64,000 bases of DNA from Nannocystis bainbridge (lineage in GTDB: Bacteria > Myxococcota_A > Polyangia > Nannocystales > Nannocystaceae): contig NZ_JAQNDL010000001.1 in NCBI RefSeq assembly GCF_028368995.1, forward strand, positions 2,560,001-2,624,000. Reading direction: 5' to 3'. Within the stretch, counting starts at the first letter, position 1, and each line of letters starts with the position of its first letter. The position numbers were made by a program, and so were the translations under genes. Below the pieces are notes generated by a model, which was given only the letters and a program-made list of their open reading frames with translations, was not told the origin of the DNA and ran no database searches. Below are positions 46,491 through 57,089 of this stretch, in pieces.

Positions 46491-46528
46491 GGACATGCCC
46501 GACGGGACATGCCCCTTCGGGCATGTCC
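46491..46528. repeat. 14-bp-period CATG-core array, 3 units
   Basis: CATG at 46494, 46508 and 46522 in a convergent junction. Confidence 0.85.
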
Positions 46529-46535
46529 CGAATCA

Positions 46536-48377
46536 TCACACCCTGCGCGTCACCAGCGAGTCGTAGAGCGCCGGGGTGTCGGCTTGCAGGCCCTCGAACC
46601 ACTGGAAGAACTTCGGCAGCATCGCCTTTTGGTCTGGCGTCAGGTAGTCGAAGTTGGACCCGCGGTCGTTGACCTCCCAGAACTCGGGCGTATCGAGGTT
46701 GGCCAGCTCGATCCACATCGAGCGCAGGCGGCGGGGGTCTTCCAGGCGCATGTCTTCGGCGATCCGGCGCGCCAGCGACGACGCGCCGTAGACCAGGTAG
46801 TGCGTCGCCAGCTTGATCTGGGCCTTTCGCACCCCGCGCAGCGCCTTGGCCTTGTCGGACGACTCGGTCGCGTCGTCGACCGCGAGGAAGATCTTGAGCA
46901 GATCGTCGTGGCACTCGCTGCTGAGCTGGAACGCCCGCTGGCACATCGTGCCGATGTCGTGGGCGATCACCTCGGCCACGAACGCCATGTTGCGCTGGAA
47001 CGCCACCCCCGAGTAGTAGCGCATGCGGTGCGCGATCTCGATGGCGCGGTCGGCCAGCGTCTTGTCGCGGTCGATCACCGTCGGCTTCGACCGCTTGCCG
47101 ATCTCGAGCACCGTCTCGCCGAGCTGGCGGTACTGGTGGAGGATGTTGTACGCGGTGCGGATGTCCGACGCGTTGAGGGTCGCGCGCAGGTACGTGTTGA
47201 AGAACTTGATCGTCAGGTCGAGCGCGCGCAGGTCGCCGTAGACCGAGGCGGCCTCGCCGAGGCGGCGGGTGTTGATGGCGAGCAGGTAGCAGATGTCCTT
47301 GATCTGGCTCTGCCCCTCGGTGAACAGCATCTGGTACTGGCGCAGCACCTTCCACTCGAGCCAGGTCCGGCGGTGGCGGAGGTCGGTGATCGCCTCTGGC
47401 GACAGCGACACGAAGTCAGGGCTCTGGCGGTCGGGGATCTTGAACCACTCGAGCACCATGCCGTTCTTCATCTCGCCGTACTCGACGCAGAACTCGCGCA
47501 GCGCGTCGATCGTCGTCGAGACGATGTTCTTGTCCTTCTGCTGCAGCGCGTTGAGGCCGATGTTGGTCAGGTGCTCGACCGCCTCGACCGCGCTGCGCTG
47601 GCGCTGCTCGATGGTGATCGACTGACGGCCGAGCTTGGTGGTGCAGGCGTCGAGCCCGTTGGTCTTGATGCGGCCGATGATCTTGTTCGGGTCGAGGAAG
47701 TCGAACACGTACGCGAAGTACGGGAACAGCAGCAGCAGGCTGGCCGTCATCAGCACCATGGAGAACATCACGTCCCAGCGCGGGCCGGCGTAGTCGGCCC
47801 CGTCGAGCGAGAAGTTCACCCACACCACGAACAGCGTCGAGACGACGAAGAACCCGAGCACCAGCATGTTGGTGCGCGCGCGGAAGAACAGCACCGTGAT
47901 GTGCGGCGTGAACCGGGTCGCCGCCAGCTGGACGATGATGCTCGAGACGGTGAGCGCCAGCCCGAGGACCGCCGCCATCACCTCGCCGAGCCCGCCGACG
48001 GTGTTCTGCGCCTTCTCGAGGTCCTGGTGGATCAGCCGGTCGACCAGGCTCAGCTCGTCGGCGCCGGTGTACGACAGCACGTTGAGCCAGAACGACAGCA
48101 GGTAGAACACCACCACCACGGCGCCGATCATCACCAGCGGCACCGACCACGTCTTGAGGGCCAGGCGGTACTGCCCGCGGGCCTGCTGCCGGCGCCGGAT
48201 CTCCGCCTCGCGCGGCTGGCCGTCGACCGGCAGCCGGCGGAGGATCATCGACCGGCTGGCGTGGAGCGTGTCGTCGAGCTTCTCCTCGCGCGTGACCGCG
48301 GTCGGCGACACGCTCGGCTCCTGCGGTCGCTGCGGCGGCGGCTGCGGCCCCTGCGCTGCCTTCGGCTCGTCGTCCAC
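46536..48377 (-). CDS. DUF2254-like membrane protein with a helical cytoplasmic domain
   Basis: IIVQLAATRFTP motif and four transmembrane segments. Start uncertain (GTG 48377). Confidence 0.75.
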   Translation of the reverse strand: MDDEPKAAQGPQPPPQRPQEPSVSPTAVTREEKLDDTLHASRSMILRRLPVDGQPREAEIRRRQQARGQYRLALKTWSVPLVMIGAVVVVFYLLSFWLNVLSYTGADELSLVDRLIHQDLEKAQNTVGGLGEVMAAVLGLALTVSSIIVQLAATRFTPHITVLFFRARTNMLVLGFFVVSTLFVVWVNFSLDGADYAGPRWDVMFSMVLMTASLLLLFPYFAYVFDFLDPNKIIGRIKTNGLDACTTKLGRQSITIEQRQRSAVEAVEHLTNIGLNALQQKDKNIVSTTIDALREFCVEYGEMKNGMVLEWFKIPDRQSPDFVSLSPEAITDLRHRRTWLEWKVLRQYQMLFTEGQSQIKDICYLLAINTRRLGEAASVYGDLRALDLTIKFFNTYLRATLNASDIRTAYNILHQYRQLGETVLEIGKRSKPTVIDRDKTLADRAIEIAHRMRYYSGVAFQRNMAFVAEVIAHDIGTMCQRAFQLSSECHDDLLKIFLAVDDATESSDKAKALRGVRKAQIKLATHYLVYGASSLARRIAEDMRLEDPRRLRSMWIELANLDTPEFWEVNDRGSNFDYLTPDQKAMLPKFFQWFEGLQADTPALYDSLVTRRV

Positions 48378-48427
48378 GGGCGCCACGGTAGCAGAGGTCG
48401 AGCCGCTGGGGTTAGAGTGCCCCGGCC

Positions 48428-49237
48428 ATGCTGCTGGCCATCGACGTGGGCAATTCCAACACATCCATCGGGGTGTTCGCGGGGGCCGAGCTGCGATGCG
48501 AGCTGCGCCTCGCCACCCAGCGCAACTGGACCCGCGACGAGCTCGCGGTCGCCGTCGAGCGCGTGCTTGCGCTCGTCGGCATCCGCTTCGCCGACCTGCG
48601 CGACGCCGTGGTCGCCAGCGTGGTCCCGCCGGTGGTCGGCCCGCTCCTGCGGGCCCTGTCGCACTACGCGGGGCTCGAGGCCCTGGTCGTCGAGCCGGGC
48701 CTGCCGACCGGCATGCCGATCCTTTACGACCCGCCGCACGAGGTCGGCGCCGACCGGATCGTCGCGGCCGTGGCGGCCCACAGCCGCTACGGCGCGCGCG
48801 GCACGGCGGGCGCTTCCGAGCCGCCGTGCGGGGTCCTCGTCGTCGATTTCGGCACCGCCACGACCTTCGACGTCGTCACCCCCGCGCCCGAGTACCTCGG
48901 CGGCGTCATCGCCCCGGGGATCGGCATCAGCGCCGACGCCCTGTTCGCCCGCGCCGCCAAGCTCCCGCGCGTCGACATCACCCGCCCCGCCCGCGTCATC
49001 GGCACCAACACGATCATGGCCGTGCAGTCCGGACTCCTGTACGGCTACGTCGGCCTGGTCGAGGGCATGATCCGCCGGATCCGCGGCGAGCTCGATCACC
49101 CCGTCACCGTCGTCGCCACCGGCGGCTTCGCCCCCGACGTCGCCCGCGAGACCGACGTGATCGACGTCGTCGACGACGCCCTCGTGCTCGAGGGCCTGCG
49201 CATCGTCCACGGCCTCCATCGCCCGCCCGCCGCCTGA
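48428..49237 (+). CDS. coaX: Type III pantothenate kinase
   Basis: LLAIDVGNSN, GADR, VDFGTATTFD, YLGGVIAPG and ATGG. Confidence 0.95.
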   Translation: MLLAIDVGNSNTSIGVFAGAELRCELRLATQRNWTRDELAVAVERVLALVGIRFADLRDAVVASVVPPVVGPLLRALSHYAGLEALVVEPGLPTGMPILYDPPHEVGADRIVAAVAAHSRYGARGTAGASEPPCGVLVVDFGTATTFDVVTPAPEYLGGVIAPGIGISADALFARAAKLPRVDITRPARVIGTNTIMAVQSGLLYGYVGLVEGMIRRIRGELDHPVTVVATGGFAPDVARETDVIDVVDDALVLEGLRIVHGLHRPPAA

Positions 49238-49288
49238 CGGCGCCCCCGCCGCGGGCCCCTGCCACCCGCATGTGGTACGGTTCGAGCC

Positions 49289-49861
49289 GTGGAGGCCGCG
49301 CGCAAGCTCAAGACCTACGAGGATCTGCTGGCGATCCCCGAAGAGGTGCGCGCCGAGCTGCTCGCCGGCGAGATCATCGCCCAGCCCGGCGGCCTGTCCG
49401 ATCACAGCCGCGTGCAGCGCAGCATGAGCCGCTTCATCGGCGGCCCTTTCGACGACGACACCGACGGCCCGGACGGTTGGTGGATCTTCCTCGAGATGGA
49501 CGTCCGCTTCACGCGCCACGACGTCACCCGCCCGGACCTGGTCGGCTGGCGCCGCTCCCGGCTGCCCGCTCCCGCCGGCATGCGCCCGATCGACGTCGTC
49601 CCCGACTGGATCTGCGAGGTCCTCTCGCCCTCCAACGCCCGCCACGACCGCGTGTTCAAGGCCCGGCTGTACGCCGAGCACGGCGTCCCTTATTACTGGC
49701 TGATCGACCCGGCCGAGCGGACCCTCGAGGCTTATGTCCTTCGGGACAGCCAGTGGCTGCGCGCCGGCGCCTGGGACGACACCGAGGTCGCCCGCGTCCC
49801 GCCGTTCGAGGCCATCGAGCTGCCGGTCGGTCGGCTGTTCTTCCCGCGGCCGCCGACCTGA
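49289..49861 (+). CDS. Uma2-family endonuclease, paralog of 26023..26604
   Basis: RPDLVGW, PDWICEVLSPS and GVPYYWLIDP. Confidence 0.9.
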   Translation: MEAARKLKTYEDLLAIPEEVRAELLAGEIIAQPGGLSDHSRVQRSMSRFIGGPFDDDTDGPDGWWIFLEMDVRFTRHDVTRPDLVGWRRSRLPAPAGMRPIDVVPDWICEVLSPSNARHDRVFKARLYAEHGVPYYWLIDPAERTLEAYVLRDSQWLRAGAWDDTEVARVPPFEAIELPVGRLFFPRPPT

Positions 49862-49871
49862 CCCTTCGGCC

Positions 49872-50774
49872 ATGTTGCACCCGCCCCTCAGCGACGCCCG
49901 CCTCGGCGCCCGCGTGCACCGGCTGGTCGGCCCCGACGCCGGCCCCGCGCAGCGCGAGCTCGCCGCCCGCGCCCTCGTGCCTGCCTCCGGCAGCGACACC
50001 TGGCTCGCGCTCTATCACCTGTGGGCGCTCGGGCACGCGCCGCACGCCGACATCGCCGGTCGCACCGCCGTCGAGCTCCCGGGCCCTGCCATCTTCGCCG
50101 CCCTGGCCGACCCGCTGCTGCCCGCCCCCGCGCTCGACTTCATGGCCCGCCGCCGGCTCACCCACGCCGACGAGCTCGCCGTGCTCGTGCGCCACCCGCA
50201 GGTCGACGCCGACACCCTCGCGCTGGTCGCCCGCTGCGGCCCCCCGCGCGCCTGCGAGGCGATCGCCCTCGCGCACGCGCGCATGCTCGCCGCCCCCGCC
50301 ATCCTCGCCGCCCTCGCCCGCAACCCGCGCTGCCCGGGCGCCATCCTCCACGCGGCCGTCGAGCTCGGCGCCCGCGAGCGCGCCCCCGGCCTGCGCGGCC
50401 TGCTGCAAGCCTTGCTCTCGGGACATGTCCCTCACGACAGGTCCGACGATCACGCCGCGCGCCAGCTCGCCGCCCTCCGCTCGCGCGCCGGCGACGACCT
50501 CGACCCGGCCCCGCCGCTGCCGCCCGATCCGCCCGTCGACGACCTGCCGGTCCCGCTCGCGCCCGCGCTCGCCCCTCTGCCGCTTGCGCCCGCCAGATCG
50601 CTCCCACCGCCCGCCGCCGGCGTCGCCTGCGTCCTCGATCCCACGACCCCGCTGCCGCTGGCGATGAGCCTGCTGTGGCGCCTGCGTCGGCCCGACCTGC
50701 GCCGCGTCGCCGACGCCCGCCGCCTCCCCCGCCCGCTCGTCGCCGCCGCCCGCCGGAGGCTCGGCCCATCATGA
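49872..50774 (+). CDS. Hypothetical helical-repeat protein
   Basis: ATG 49872, Leu/Ala-rich with LVRHP and LARNPRCP motifs. Confidence 0.55.
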   Translation: MLHPPLSDARLGARVHRLVGPDAGPAQRELAARALVPASGSDTWLALYHLWALGHAPHADIAGRTAVELPGPAIFAALADPLLPAPALDFMARRRLTHADELAVLVRHPQVDADTLALVARCGPPRACEAIALAHARMLAAPAILAALARNPRCPGAILHAAVELGARERAPGLRGLLQALLSGHVPHDRSDDHAARQLAALRSRAGDDLDPAPPLPPDPPVDDLPVPLAPALAPLPLAPARSLPPPAAGVACVLDPTTPLPLAMSLLWRLRRPDLRRVADARRLPRPLVAAARRRLGPS

Positions 50775-50841
50775 CTCACCCGTCCCGCATGCTCCGCTCG
50801 TCGCTCTCCTCTCGCGCTGCCCGCCCCGGGAGGCCTTGCCC

Positions 50842-51861
50842 ATGAATCGCCTCCGCATCGCCCTCGCGCGCTGGGGCGGCATGTTGCTGCGTCCGCGGGC
50901 CACCGTCGCCGCCCTCTCGCCCGACGACGGCGCGCGGGACGGCCTCGTCTTCATCCTGCTCCTGGCCGTCGGCGCCCACCTCTTGCCGCTCGGCGACGCC
51001 GTGGCCGACTTCTCCGCCATGGCCAGCTTCGCCGCCCTCCCCGCCTTGCTGGCGGGCTTCACCGTCCTCATCCCCTGGCTCGTCACCACCCTCGCCGTCG
51101 AGGCCATCCTCGGCCCCCTGCGGTCCTTCCGGGCCGCCCTCTGCATGCTGCCGATGCTGCTCGCGGTCGTGTTCGCGCGCCTCGCCGCCGGCCTCGGCCA
51201 CCCGCTACCTGTCCCCAAGTACAGCCTCGAGATCGCCGGCGCCGTGCTGGCCGCCGGCCTCGCGCTGTGGGTCCGGCCCGCCGTGTGCCTGTCCCCGGAG
51301 ACAGCCGCCCCCGCGCCCCGCCGCCCTGCCTCCGCCCTCGTCGGCGCCCTCGTCCTGCTGCTGCCGCTCATCAGCGCCGGCCGCGACGCCGCCGACCTCG
51401 CCGCCCACTGGCAGACCCTCGCCCCCGTGGCCGTCGGCGAGGCCGTGCCCGATTTCCATGCCGAGGACCTCGAAGGCGCCGACTTCACCACCGCCGACCT
51501 GCGCGGCGGGGCGCGCCTGCTGGTCTTCTTCACCAGCTGGTGCGGCGTCTGCAACGACGAGATGAGCAAGTATGTCGCGCTTCATCAGGACCTCGCGAGC
51601 AGCGGCTTCGAGGTCGTCGGCGTCAACTGCGACCGCGAGGGCGACCAGCGGGCGATCGCCGCCCGTTACCGCGACGACAAGCAGTTGCCCTTCCGCATCG
51701 TGCTCGACCGCGGCGCGCTGGCCCGCGCCTTCCGCCTGTCCGTCTACCCCCACCTCGTGCTGGTCGACGCGCTCGGGCAGATCCGCTGGGTCCACCAGGG
51801 CCGGGCGATGGACAGCACCCTGCGCGACGCCATCGCCGCGGCCACCCGGCCAGACCCCTGA
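50842..51861 (+). CDS. Membrane protein with C-terminal TlpA/thioredoxin-like domain
   Basis: Several transmembrane helices, then VPDF...FFTSWCGVC...YPHLVLVD. Confidence 0.85.
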   Translation: MNRLRIALARWGGMLLRPRATVAALSPDDGARDGLVFILLLAVGAHLLPLGDAVADFSAMASFAALPALLAGFTVLIPWLVTTLAVEAILGPLRSFRAALCMLPMLLAVVFARLAAGLGHPLPVPKYSLEIAGAVLAAGLALWVRPAVCLSPETAAPAPRRPASALVGALVLLLPLISAGRDAADLAAHWQTLAPVAVGEAVPDFHAEDLEGADFTTADLRGGARLLVFFTSWCGVCNDEMSKYVALHQDLASSGFEVVGVNCDREGDQRAIAARYRDDKQLPFRIVLDRGALARAFRLSVYPHLVLVDALGQIRWVHQGRAMDSTLRDAIAAATRPDP

Positions 51862-52049
51862 GCCGCCGCGCGCCGCTGCTCGCCTGCGCCTCGCTGGCGA
51901 CGACGGCCTCGATCGCCACCCCGCGCTCGGCCTCGCGCTCGCCACGTCCGCCACATCGAAGTCGGCGACGTGTACGATCCAGCCGGCCAGTGATGCACCG
52001 GTCGCAGCGGCGGCTTCGACCTCGACGCGCTGGCCGCCGTGCACGCGCC

Positions 52050-52616
52050 ATGAGCTTCCACCTCTACAACCGACACGCCCAGGCCCACGTCGGCAAGCGC
52101 TTCCCCGGCGCCACCGTCCTCGACCTGACCTCGCGCGGACCTGACCCATGGGTCAGGTTCAGCCCCTTCTACCCGCACGGCGCCATCCCCTTGCCGTTCA
52201 CCCCTGGCCGCACCGCCGCCTCGGTCGAGGGCGTGTGGCAGGCGCTCAAGGTGTTCGCCACCGAGGACGTCGACCCGAGCAAGCTCGACGTCACCGCCAT
52301 GAAGGGCCTCAAGCGCACCGTGCGGCGCCTGGGCGCCTGCCTCGGCCACCGCGACGGCCTCGGCGGCGCGCGCCTGCTGGCGTACGGCGAGGCGCGCCGG
52401 CAGATCTACCTGCCCACCTACCGCTGGGTCCTGGACCATCACCTCGGCGCCGAGCTCGCCGAACTGCGCCGCCTCGGCGCCGAGGGCCCGGTCGTCCTGC
52501 TCGACTACGAGACCAACCCCGACCCCGACGACCTCAGCCGCCCGCTGTCCCACGTCGGCCTGGTCATCCACCTGCTCCAAGGGACATGGCCGCAAGAACC
52601 TGTCCCTTCCGCCTGA
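52050..52616 (+). CDS. DUF6939-like protein
   Basis: DLTSRGPDPWVRFSPFYPHG...SVEGVWQALKVF...ARRQIYLP...LLDY...PLSH. Family recalled from memory, not searched. Confidence 0.7.
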   Translation: MSFHLYNRHAQAHVGKRFPGATVLDLTSRGPDPWVRFSPFYPHGAIPLPFTPGRTAASVEGVWQALKVFATEDVDPSKLDVTAMKGLKRTVRRLGACLGHRDGLGGARLLAYGEARRQIYLPTYRWVLDHHLGAELAELRRLGAEGPVVLLDYETNPDPDDLSRPLSHVGLVIHLLQGTWPQEPVPSA

Positions 52617-52689
52617 ATTTTCGGATGGGCATGCCGCGTGAGAGCGCGGCGTCCTCGTCAGCTCCCTGGCCGATCGCGCAGCCCCTCCG

Positions 52690-52914
52690 CTAGCTGCGGC
52701 TGCGCAGGCGCTCGAGCGCCTGGACCAGCGACTCGAACGCCACCCGCTCGGCCTCCGTCCGCGACAGCTCGCCGTCGACCTCGCAGATGGCAGCGCGCTC
52801 GTCGAAGCGCAGCCGCAGGTCGTCGCGCGTCGCGTCGTCCCGCACCTGCGCCAGCAGCGTCGCCGCCTGCCGAGCCCACCGGCTCGGCCCCGTCCCCGCA
52901 CTCACGGCCTTCAC
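52690..52914 (-). CDS. Small hypothetical protein (FDERAAI...LSRTEAE motif)
   Basis: GTG 52914 after a GAGGGG RBS. About 74 aa, predicted helical. Confidence 0.55.
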   Translation of the reverse strand: MKAVSAGTGPSRWARQAATLLAQVRDDATRDDLRLRFDERAAICEVDGELSRTEAERVAFESLVQALERLRSRS

Positions 52915-53334
52915 GTCCCCTCTATGCCCCAGCCCTCGCCGGCCCGCCACGCGCCCTTCCGCGCGGCGCACATTCGCCCGGCGCGACCGTGCGCATCACA
53001 TGTCCTTCAAGACATGTTCATGGGCGATTGCGCCCCGCTCCGCCCGGTTCGGAGATCGACCTGGCGGAAAGGACAGCACCCGATCTTCACTACTTCACGA
53101 TTTAAACATGTCCTCAAAGACATGTAAACCGTCCAAGCGGCGGCATCTTCGTCAGCTCGAGCAGCATCGCGACAGCGACACCAGCCCTGCAGGCCGATCG
53201 TCACCCGCAGGCGGGTGAGCGGTCACGCTCTTGGCGCGTCGGAGATCATGTCCCTTGGGACATGCCGTCCCACCGCGCCCCGAATCCGCTGCGTCAACAT
53301 GCGAGCCAGCGGCAGCGTGCCACCGGCGCGAGCA

Positions 53335-54318
53335 TCACGGCAGCGGCCCCTCGCAGATGAACTTGAAGCTGTGGTCGCACATGTGATCGGCCCACTTGCC
53401 CTTCTCACCGGGGTAACCGAACACGCCGTCGCTGTCGAGCACCAGCATGCAGTCCGCGTTCTCCCACAGCAGCCACTCTTGATTGTTGGGCTCGTTGTTG
53501 CCCCACCCGTCGCCGGCCACGGCGGTGCCGTCGGACACCCACTTGAAGGTGCCCTCGGTCTCGCGATCGTTGCCGCCGAGCCACCACTGATTGGTGTTGC
53601 CCATCTCCTGCAGGAAGAAGTCGTGCTCGGCCCCGCCGTCGTCCTTGGCCAGGTGCAGCCCGTCCGCCACGCAGAACGCTTCGGCGTCCAGCCAATTTTT
53701 CCCCTCGGTGCAGAAGTAATAGAGCCGATCTTCACGCACGCGGAAGCGACACTTCTTGCACTCGTTGTTGTTGTGCTCGGGCTCGAACTCGTCGAACGAC
53801 CCGTCGCAATCGTTGTCGATCCCGTCGCACATCTCCTCGATCCCCGGATGCGCGTTGGCCGACATGTCATTGCAATCGGTGTTGTCCGGCACCCAGCCTT
53901 GCTCGCCCTCGCAGACCAGCATCGGCATGTTCGGGTCGCCGTAGTTGTCGTTGTCGAAGTCCTTGTAGGCCATCACCAGCGGGCAGCCGGTCGTGCCTGG
54001 CCCGGTCGTGCTGCTCACCGGCTCCGTCGTGGTGTCGGGCTCGGTCGTCGAGGTCGTCGCCGTCGTCGTCGTCGCCGGCATCGATGTCGGATCGCCGCTC
54101 GGATCGCCGGTGCCCTCGCTCATCGACTCCGAGCCCGACACGCCGAGCGTCGTCTCGCTCGTGTCCGTCGGCCCGTCCTCGCTCGTCGGCGCCGGCCCGG
54201 TCGTCGTCCCCGAGGAGGTCGGTCCGGCCCCGCCGCTCGTCTCCGGCGTCTCGCCCAGCCCCGAGGCATCGAACGTGCAGCCCGCGAGCGCGACCACCAG
54301 GACTCCGACCCTTCGCAT
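53335..54318 (-). CDS. Lipoprotein with Thr/Ser linker, putative metal-binding repeat and C-type lectin domain
   Basis: LAGC lipobox, DxDxDxYGD...DCND...HPG.EEMCDGIDNDCDG, and CTLD motifs WLGG...EGTFKW...W...EPNN...W.D..C...FICE. Confidence 0.9.
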   Translation of the reverse strand: MRRVGVLVVALAGCTFDASGLGETPETSGGAGPTSSGTTTGPAPTSEDGPTDTSETTLGVSGSESMSEGTGDPSGDPTSMPATTTTATTSTTEPDTTTEPVSSTTGPGTTGCPLVMAYKDFDNDNYGDPNMPMLVCEGEQGWVPDNTDCNDMSANAHPGIEEMCDGIDNDCDGSFDEFEPEHNNNECKKCRFRVREDRLYYFCTEGKNWLDAEAFCVADGLHLAKDDGGAEHDFFLQEMGNTNQWWLGGNDRETEGTFKWVSDGTAVAGDGWGNNEPNNQEWLLWENADCMLVLDSDGVFGYPGEKGKWADHMCDHSFKFICEGPLP

Positions 54319-54422
54319 CGCCGAGCACTCTAGCTGGAACCCCGACTTCGCGGGCCGCCTGCACCCGCCGAAGCCTCACGCGCGCGAGCGCGAGCGCGCG
54401 CCGGCTTTGATACACTCGCGAC

Positions 54423-55058
54423 ATGCGCACGCGCTTCGCCTCCATGCTCGCAGCCCTGCTCGCTTGCACGCCCGTAACGGCCGACGCGCCGCCCAGCCAA
54501 CCGCCCGCGCCGGGCTTGCCCGCGACCTCGGCCCCGCCTCCGACCACGCCGGCGCCGGCCCCACAGCCCGCGCCGGCTTCGCTCGAAGAGCGCAACGTCT
54601 CCACGTCGGCGGGCACGGCCGGCGGCGTGACCGTGCTGTGGCCGCGCATCATCCCGCGGGAGATCGTCGACGACAACCGCGGCCTCGCCTCGGCGCTGCA
54701 GCAGCAGATGCAGCGCATCGTCGAGAAGCACCTGCCGGGCCGCCCGATCGATTTCCGCCCCGAGCCCGAGCGCGTGTGCCCCAAGGATGGCTGCGCCGGC
54801 GTGTCGGTCGGTCTGCTGCTCTCGCGCCAGGGCCAGGGCTGCCTGGTCATCGCCCTGATCTCCCGCCCCGGTGTGTCGCCGACCAAGATCGTCCCCTGGG
54901 TCGGCAAGGTCCAGCTCCGCGCCGACACCGTCGGCTTCCGCGAGTGGCCCGAGTCGCAGATCACCGTCGACGACTACGTCCCCTGCAACTCGCTGCTCAC
55001 GACGATGGACGCGCAGGAGCCCGCGATCGCAGCGGCGCTGCAGGCCGCCGCGCAGTAA
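54423..55058 (+). CDS. Hypothetical lipoprotein
   Basis: LLAC lipobox, Pro-rich linker and VLWPRI...RPEPERVCP..GC. Confidence 0.8.
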   Translation: MRTRFASMLAALLACTPVTADAPPSQPPAPGLPATSAPPPTTPAPAPQPAPASLEERNVSTSAGTAGGVTVLWPRIIPREIVDDNRGLASALQQQMQRIVEKHLPGRPIDFRPEPERVCPKDGCAGVSVGLLLSRQGQGCLVIALISRPGVSPTKIVPWVGKVQLRADTVGFREWPESQITVDDYVPCNSLLTTMDAQEPAIAAALQAAAQ

Positions 55059-55322
55059 GCTCGGTCATCCAGGCCAATATATGTCCCGAGGGACAGGCGC
55101 CGCCGCGCGGGCGACCTGTCCTTCGAGACATCACCAGCCGCGCCATCCGCCGCATGTCCCTCGGGACACTTTTATTCGAGTCGCCGCGGCTCGCCCCCGA
55201 GAGCCCCGGCGTGCTCGGCAGGCCGCTGCGGCCCTGCGCTGGCCCCGGCGGCCCCGCGGACGGGGTTCGCCGGCCGCCCGCTGTAGCCGGCGCGACAACG
55301 TGCCACACTCGCCCGCGCCCGC

Positions 55323-57026
55323 ATGTCGCCCCTCGAGCCCAAGCGCCGCGCGCTCCTGCGCTGGACCGTCGGCTACACGCGCCCTGACTTCACCGCCGAC
55401 CTGCTGGCGGGCGCGACCACGGCGGTGCTGCTCGTGCCGCAGGCGATGGCTTACGCCATGCTCGCCGGCCTGCCGCCGATCGCTGGCCTCTACGCCGCCC
55501 TCGCCCCGCCGCTCGTCTACGCCGTGCTCGGCACCTCGCGGCGGCTCGCGGTCGGCCCCGTCGCGCTCGACTCGCTGCTCACCGCCGCCGCTCTTGCTCC
55601 GCTGGCTGGCGGCGACCTCGGCACCTACGTGGCCGCGGCCGCCGCCCTGGCGATCCTCGCTGGCAGCTTCCAGGCGCTGACCGGCGCCCTGCGCCTCGGC
55701 TTCGTCGTCAACTTCCTCTCGCTGCCGGTGCTGCGCGGCTTCACCTCGGCCGCCGCGATCCTCATCATCGCCAGCCAGCTCGGCTCGTTGCTCGGGCTGC
55801 GGCTGCCGAGCAGCGCCGCCATGTGGCCGCTGCTCGTCGCCCTCGCCGAGCAGTTGCGGGCCGTGCACCTGCCGACCGTCGCCCTCGGCCTCGGCGCCGT
55901 GCTCACCCTCGTCGCCCTCGGCAATTTCCGCGGCAAGGCCCTGCTCGTGGTCGTGCTCGCCACCGTCGCCGGGCACCTGTTTGCCCTCGACGACCGCGGC
56001 CTCGCCCTGCTCGGTCCGGTGCCCTCGGGCCTGCCCGTGCCGACGTGGCCCGCCGTCGACGGCGAGTTGCTGCTCGCCCTCGCCCCCGCGGCCGCGCTGA
56101 TCGCCCTCATCTCGTTCATGGAGGCGTTCTCGTCCGGTCTCGCCGTCGCGCGCCGCGGCGAGGTCGTCGAGCCCGACCAGGAGCTGCTCGCGCTCGGCTT
56201 CGCCAACATCGCCGCCGGCCTCGTGCGCGGCTACCCGATCGCCGGCGGCCTGTCGCGCACCGCCGTCAACGCCCAGGCCGGCGCTCGCAGCCCGCTCGCC
56301 GGCGTCGTCACGGCCGCGATCGTCGCCCTCACCCTCGCGCTGTTCGCCCCGCTGCTCGCCACGCTGCCGCGCGCCGTGCTGTCGGCGATCATCGTCGTCG
56401 CCGTCGCGCGCCTGGTCGACGTCGCGTTCGTCCGTCAGCTCCGGCGCACTCGCCCCCGCGAGCTCCTGCCGCTGGCGATCACCTTCGCCACCACCCTCGC
56501 GCTCGGCGTCGGCCTCGGCCTCGCGTTCGGCGTCGGCGCCTCGCTGCTGCTGTTCGTGCTCCGCACCACCCGCCCGCACACCGCCTTGCTCGGCCGCCTG
56601 CCGGGCACGCAGGTCTACCGCAACGTCCTCCGCTTCCCCGACGCCGAGACCGTGCGCGGGGTCGTGATCATCCGCCTCGACGCGCCGCTGTACTTCGCCA
56701 ACGCGACCTACCTGATCGACGAGATCCGGCGCCGGATCGCCGCCGAGCGCGCGCGCGCGGTGGTGATCGACGCCGGCGGCGTGCACGACATCGACGTCTC
56801 GGCGCTCGCCAACCTGCGCGAGTTCCTCGGCGAGCTGCGCCAGCACGGCATCGACCTGTACTTCGCCGACCTCAAGGGCCCCGTGCGCGACGTCCTGGCC
56901 CGCAGCGGCCTCACGGCGGAGCTCGGCCCCGACCGCTTCAGCTTCACCACCCACGAGGCGGTCCAGCGCGCCAGCGACGGCCTCGCCGCCTCGCCCGATC
57001 CAAGGGCGACGCAAGCCTGGCCGTGA
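55323..57026 (+). CDS. SulP-family anion transporter with STAS domain
   Basis: DLLAG...PQAMAYAMLAGLPP..GLY, SRTAVN and STAS motif LYFANA...ID.S. Confidence 0.94.
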   Translation: MSPLEPKRRALLRWTVGYTRPDFTADLLAGATTAVLLVPQAMAYAMLAGLPPIAGLYAALAPPLVYAVLGTSRRLAVGPVALDSLLTAAALAPLAGGDLGTYVAAAAALAILAGSFQALTGALRLGFVVNFLSLPVLRGFTSAAAILIIASQLGSLLGLRLPSSAAMWPLLVALAEQLRAVHLPTVALGLGAVLTLVALGNFRGKALLVVVLATVAGHLFALDDRGLALLGPVPSGLPVPTWPAVDGELLLALAPAAALIALISFMEAFSSGLAVARRGEVVEPDQELLALGFANIAAGLVRGYPIAGGLSRTAVNAQAGARSPLAGVVTAAIVALTLALFAPLLATLPRAVLSAIIVVAVARLVDVAFVRQLRRTRPRELLPLAITFATTLALGVGLGLAFGVGASLLLFVLRTTRPHTALLGRLPGTQVYRNVLRFPDAETVRGVVIIRLDAPLYFANATYLIDEIRRRIAAERARAVVIDAGGVHDIDVSALANLREFLGELRQHGIDLYFADLKGPVRDVLARSGLTAELGPDRFSFTTHEAVQRASDGLAASPDPRATQAWP

Positions 57027-57089
57027 CATGTCTACGAAGACATGCTCCTAAGAGCATATCCTCAAGAACATGTCCCTCGTGACATGTCT
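57024..57089. repeat. 14-bp-period CATG-core array, 5 units
   Basis: CATG 57027, CATG 57041, CATA 57055, CATG 57069 and CATG 57083, starting at the sulP stop codon. Confidence 0.92.
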
